Under the pieces are notes generated by a model, which did no database searches, was not told the DNA's origin, and saw nothing but the letters and a program-made list of their open reading frames with translations. Positions 60,942-64,000 of a stretch of DNA of 64,000 bases are shown here, one piece after another; within the stretch, counting starts at the first letter, position 1; every line of letters begins with the position of its first letter. This DNA is from Pseudomonadota bacterium. GTDB taxonomy: Bacteria; Bdellovibrionota; Bdellovibrionia; Bdellovibrionales; Bdellovibrionaceae. The stretch spans positions 96,001 to 160,000 of the forward strand of contig JBEGVH010000006.1 of assembly GCA_041178425.1 (NCBI GenBank). Reading direction: 5' to 3'. The translations under genes were made by a program, and so were the position numbers.

Positions 60942-61400
60942 TTAGTGCTTTTGGCAGCAAACAGCGTGACCTTTGAAGAGGTTCAAAAGTTCTGGATTAG
61001 CTTTCTTTGTATCCATCAAAAGCGCTCTGAGAGGATAGGTTTTACCTGATCTCTGGTGAGTGCAATCGTCAGATTTAACAAGATTCAAAGTGAGTGGGTG
61101 TTTTTTGTCTTCTGCTTTAATTAATTGAACCACTTCGATCACACGGCGTGGATAAAGGTTCGTGCTGATGATTCTTGCCAATAGATCTGTTTTTTCAGCG
61201 TCTTGAGTAAGGGTTGCGTGAGAGTAGCCAGACTCAGAAACCGTCAGTCGAACATCGAATTGACCTTCTGAATCTACGCAATAAAGGCGTTGAGGGCCTT
61301 TGTGTGTTAGAGCTGAAATGACTTCGTTCACAGAATGATTTCCGGCATGAGCCGTTCCCATTGCTAGTATTACAGAGATCAGAGTTAATAGTTTGTTCAT
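60942..61400 (-). CDS. Secreted hypothetical protein
   Basis: Signal peptide MNKLLTLISVILAMGTAHA; 'DCT..RSGKTYP..A...CC'. Confidence 0.65.
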   Translation of the reverse strand: MNKLLTLISVILAMGTAHAGNHSVNEVISALTHKGPQRLYCVDSEGQFDVRLTVSESGYSHATLTQDAEKTDLLARIISTNLYPRRVIEVVQLIKAEDKKHPLTLNLVKSDDCTHQRSGKTYPLRALLMDTKKANPELLNLFKGHAVCCQKH

Positions 61401-61552
61401 AATTTCCCCTTTTTTATTTGTCGCCCGAGGCAGCCTGTTAGCCTTTGCTTTAAAGGCTGTCAAAGCAAATTGCCTGAACGAGTGTATTAAAGACTTAAGT
61501 GTCTGAAAGGAAGATTAATGCGAAGCACTATCTTCTGCTTTTCGAATGGCTC

Positions 61553-62125
61553 TTAGGGAGAAATCTTAAAGAAATCGCCCCTCATATAGTGTTTGCGCTC
61601 GTTTGTGCGGCAAAGTGGTCTTCGGGTATCACCGGGATACCATCCAGGATAGGGGCTTCCATAACCGCCATCGCCATAGGTGCAATCCTTGTAGTATTCT
61701 GTTCTATCATTAAGTAAGAGCGTAAATTTTTTGGTGTTTGAAAAATCGAGTATCAGGATGCGGCCAGGAATTTGAGTGCACGTGCCAGGATGAAATCGAA
61801 AGATGGCTCGGTCGAGCTGATAAGTGCCCCGGTGTTTACTCAAGTCGATGGAATATAATTCGAGAATGGTCGAAGAACAACGAGGATGAATCACGTCGGT
61901 TCCCAAAGAGTCCTTGTAAACTAGGCGTGGGCGATCTTGATCAAAAACAATCTCTACACGTGCCTTTTTGCCATCGAACTCACCGTAGTAGGTGCCCGAC
62001 AGGGTTTTAGCCTTGGCGAGATAGGCCTCAGGAATACGGCCATCTTGAGTTTTTACCTCTTTGCAGGACACGAGCATGGAGGCCGTAATGGCCAGTGAGA
62101 TTGCGAAAATTTGATTCAATGTCAT
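61553..62125 (-). CDS. Hypothetical lipoprotein
   Basis: Lipobox LVSC; RBS AAGGA. Confidence 0.65.
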   Translation of the reverse strand: MTLNQIFAISLAITASMLVSCKEVKTQDGRIPEAYLAKAKTLSGTYYGEFDGKKARVEIVFDQDRPRLVYKDSLGTDVIHPRCSSTILELYSIDLSKHRGTYQLDRAIFRFHPGTCTQIPGRILILDFSNTKKFTLLLNDRTEYYKDCTYGDGGYGSPYPGWYPGDTRRPLCRTNERKHYMRGDFFKISP

Positions 62126-62318
62126 GTGATTTCCTTTTAGTTGCAAGCGAGTCTCTGAACTAACCCTGTGAGCCTCAGTTGTTAAGGTCTTTTGCCACTT
62201 TTTGTTCAAAAAATGAAAAAACTACAAGGCTAGTCAACGCCGAGCGCCTGGGTGAAATTCTAGGTCAGGAGTGAGTGTTGACATAAAGTTTATTTATTGA
62301 TCCACTTTTGCCAATGGA

Positions 62319-62783
62319 ATGCTCAATTTCACAGGGATGAGTGATAAAGCGATGAATAAGCAAAAATATTTTAATGCCTTAATGAGTCTTTTGTTTTTTT
62401 GTAACATAATGTTTTTTCTCACGAGCTGTCGAGATACACGAACGGCAGAGTCAACCATCGGAACCGCTGGATCAGCCATTAACAATAACGATCTAGAAAC
62501 TTTTTCAGCAACGTTAATGAACCCTGCTCTAAGAGATTGGGGCCATTCCGAGGGGCTACAAACATTAAGAGCAAGGAAACCCCAGCGAGAACCGCAACTT
62601 CTCAGTTTAGTTCTGTTTCGGAAGGAAAGCTGTGGCCACAACTCGTGTGTGCACCGATTTTACGAGGGTAAAATTGGATTAAAGGCCGAGGGGACACCCG
62701 ATGAAGTCCTTCTCACGCTTTGGGTTCTTTGCCGAAAAGTCGCTAAACATCGAGAGTGTTGGATTTATGATATTCAATTATAA
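62319..62783 (+). CDS. Hypothetical lipoprotein
   Basis: Lipobox LTSC; start uncertain (62319, 62337 or 62352). Confidence 0.5.
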   Translation: MLNFTGMSDKAMNKQKYFNALMSLLFFCNIMFFLTSCRDTRTAESTIGTAGSAINNNDLETFSATLMNPALRDWGHSEGLQTLRARKPQREPQLLSLVLFRKESCGHNSCVHRFYEGKIGLKAEGTPDEVLLTLWVLCRKVAKHRECWIYDIQL

Positions 62784-62793
62784 AAAGAGTCCT

Positions 62794-63852
62794 TTAGAAG
62801 GGCGCCTTCGCTAATTTTTTAAATTTACTAATTACTTCGCCAGAAAGCTTTAAATCGTGAGGATCAAGCACCATGACGGGGGCTCCAGGCTTTAAATTCG
62901 CTTTGCTGAGATCGGCCCAAATAACATTAGGGCTTGTGGTTAATTCAAAGAAATAGCGTTTATCTTTGAGTGACGCAACGGTGCGGTATTCGGTGTTATA
63001 AATACCAAAATCTCGATAGGGAGCACCGAAGGGAACCGAGACATTACGAGCAATAGCTAAGACACCGGCCACAGCTTCTTGCTCGTTTTTTGGTTCAGGA
63101 AGTAGCGCTTTAAAATAAGCGGCACGTTGAAAGCGATCCATCGGGTTAACGTTGCCAGGGAGCGGAAGAGAACTGCTAGGTTTGGAGAAATCCAACTTCG
63201 CTAACAAGGCAAGTTGTTCATCATAGGTAGGATCATTGGTCATGATGGTGAATTCTTGGCCATGATGAATCACTGGTTTACCATTGATGTACTCAACGAT
63301 GGCGGAATCACCTGTGGTATCTTCAATGGCCAAATGAACAGTCGATTTAAAGCCATGTGCTTCGGCCATGACGATCTGAACGTTTTTTAGTAGTTCGAGA
63401 GAGTCTTTAACGGTGGTCGCGTTGTCTAGCAGATATTGACCCCAAAGTGTGGCCTGAATGCCGGCTCGGGTAAGGTCGCGAGGTCCAAAATCGGTGGATT
63501 TAAGAAATAGCATGTGGACGGCTAAGCCATGTTCGTTGATGCCATCGGCGGTTCCGATACCGTAAATAGTTGTCACCAAACTTCCGTATTTAGAGGTCCA
63601 CTGGGCTGGATTTTTTTTCACAACGACATTAGTTCCAGCAAGGCCGCCATTTCGCTTCATTCCTCGCGGAAAAATGGTCAATACCGGTTGAGTAGACTCA
63701 GGCCAGTCCATTGATCGGGCGGAAACGGGAGCAAGCTTATTGTTGTTCCATAAAATTCGGGTACAGGCGTCGGCAATAGGGGAGATAGAGAAGCACAAAG
63801 TGAGGGCAGTGATTGCAGCCGAAGGTCTTTGGAGCAGAGTCGTTTGTTTCAA
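62794..63852 (-). CDS. Choloylglycine hydrolase / penicillin V acylase-family Ntn hydrolase
   Basis: Signal peptide followed by catalytic N-terminal Cys ('ADA|CTRI'), 'RSMDW', 'GINEHGL', 'MTNDP', 'DRFQRA'. Confidence 0.9.
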   Translation of the reverse strand: MKQTTLLQRPSAAITALTLCFSISPIADACTRILWNNNKLAPVSARSMDWPESTQPVLTIFPRGMKRNGGLAGTNVVVKKNPAQWTSKYGSLVTTIYGIGTADGINEHGLAVHMLFLKSTDFGPRDLTRAGIQATLWGQYLLDNATTVKDSLELLKNVQIVMAEAHGFKSTVHLAIEDTTGDSAIVEYINGKPVIHHGQEFTIMTNDPTYDEQLALLAKLDFSKPSSSLPLPGNVNPMDRFQRAAYFKALLPEPKNEQEAVAGVLAIARNVSVPFGAPYRDFGIYNTEYRTVASLKDKRYFFELTTSPNVIWADLSKANLKPGAPVMVLDPHDLKLSGEVISKFKKLAKAPF

Positions 63853-64000
63853 GGTAGATCTCCTGATGCTGATTGAATAAAGGTGTCAATGTGTCCACCA
63901 GCAAACAGATCATTCTCTCTGCTTACTGTCAACCGATAGCAGCGGTGACTGTTGAATTAAATCTCAGCTGGCTATCGGTTTTAGGTGACATTAACGAGGA

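Overview
Bacterial chromosomal window. Gene content and style suggest a Bdellovibrionota (Bdellovibrio-like predator) genome; this is an inference and no database search was run. Core genes: purK/purE, dus, ttcA, katG, slyX, dnaJ-dnaK, comM, xerD, orn, srkA, mutS2, lnt, clpP, a DEAD-box helicase and tRNA-Cys(GCA). Accessory material includes a higBA-type toxin-antitoxin pair and a ~10 kb variable block (about 23.3-33.4 kb) next to the tRNA-Cys 3' end. That block holds four things. (i) A RAYT/Y1 HUH transposase bracketed by mirror-image arrays of short GGGAC-ending repeats. (ii) A truncated cytochrome-c-peroxidase-like gene. (iii) Two exported proteins sharing an N-terminal 'FIPTKTxxEWxxF' module but with different C-terminal domains (fibrinogen-like vs glycine-rich). 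(iv) A candidate salt/alkali-stress operon: promoter, nhaA-I-like riboswitch, 34-aa leader ORF, fused glucosyl-3-phosphoglycerate synthase-HAD phosphatase, putative Na+/H+ antiporter and PIG-L deacetylase. Other notable items are a propeptide-less kexin-like lipoprotein protease with a probable separately encoded chaperone, a TetR-TolC-RND operon with no adaptor and a perfect 21-bp inverted repeat, a tandem diheme four-helix-bundle cytochrome, and several apparently leaderless genes. No CRISPR array, rRNA or prophage was seen. All calls are from motif reading by eye.
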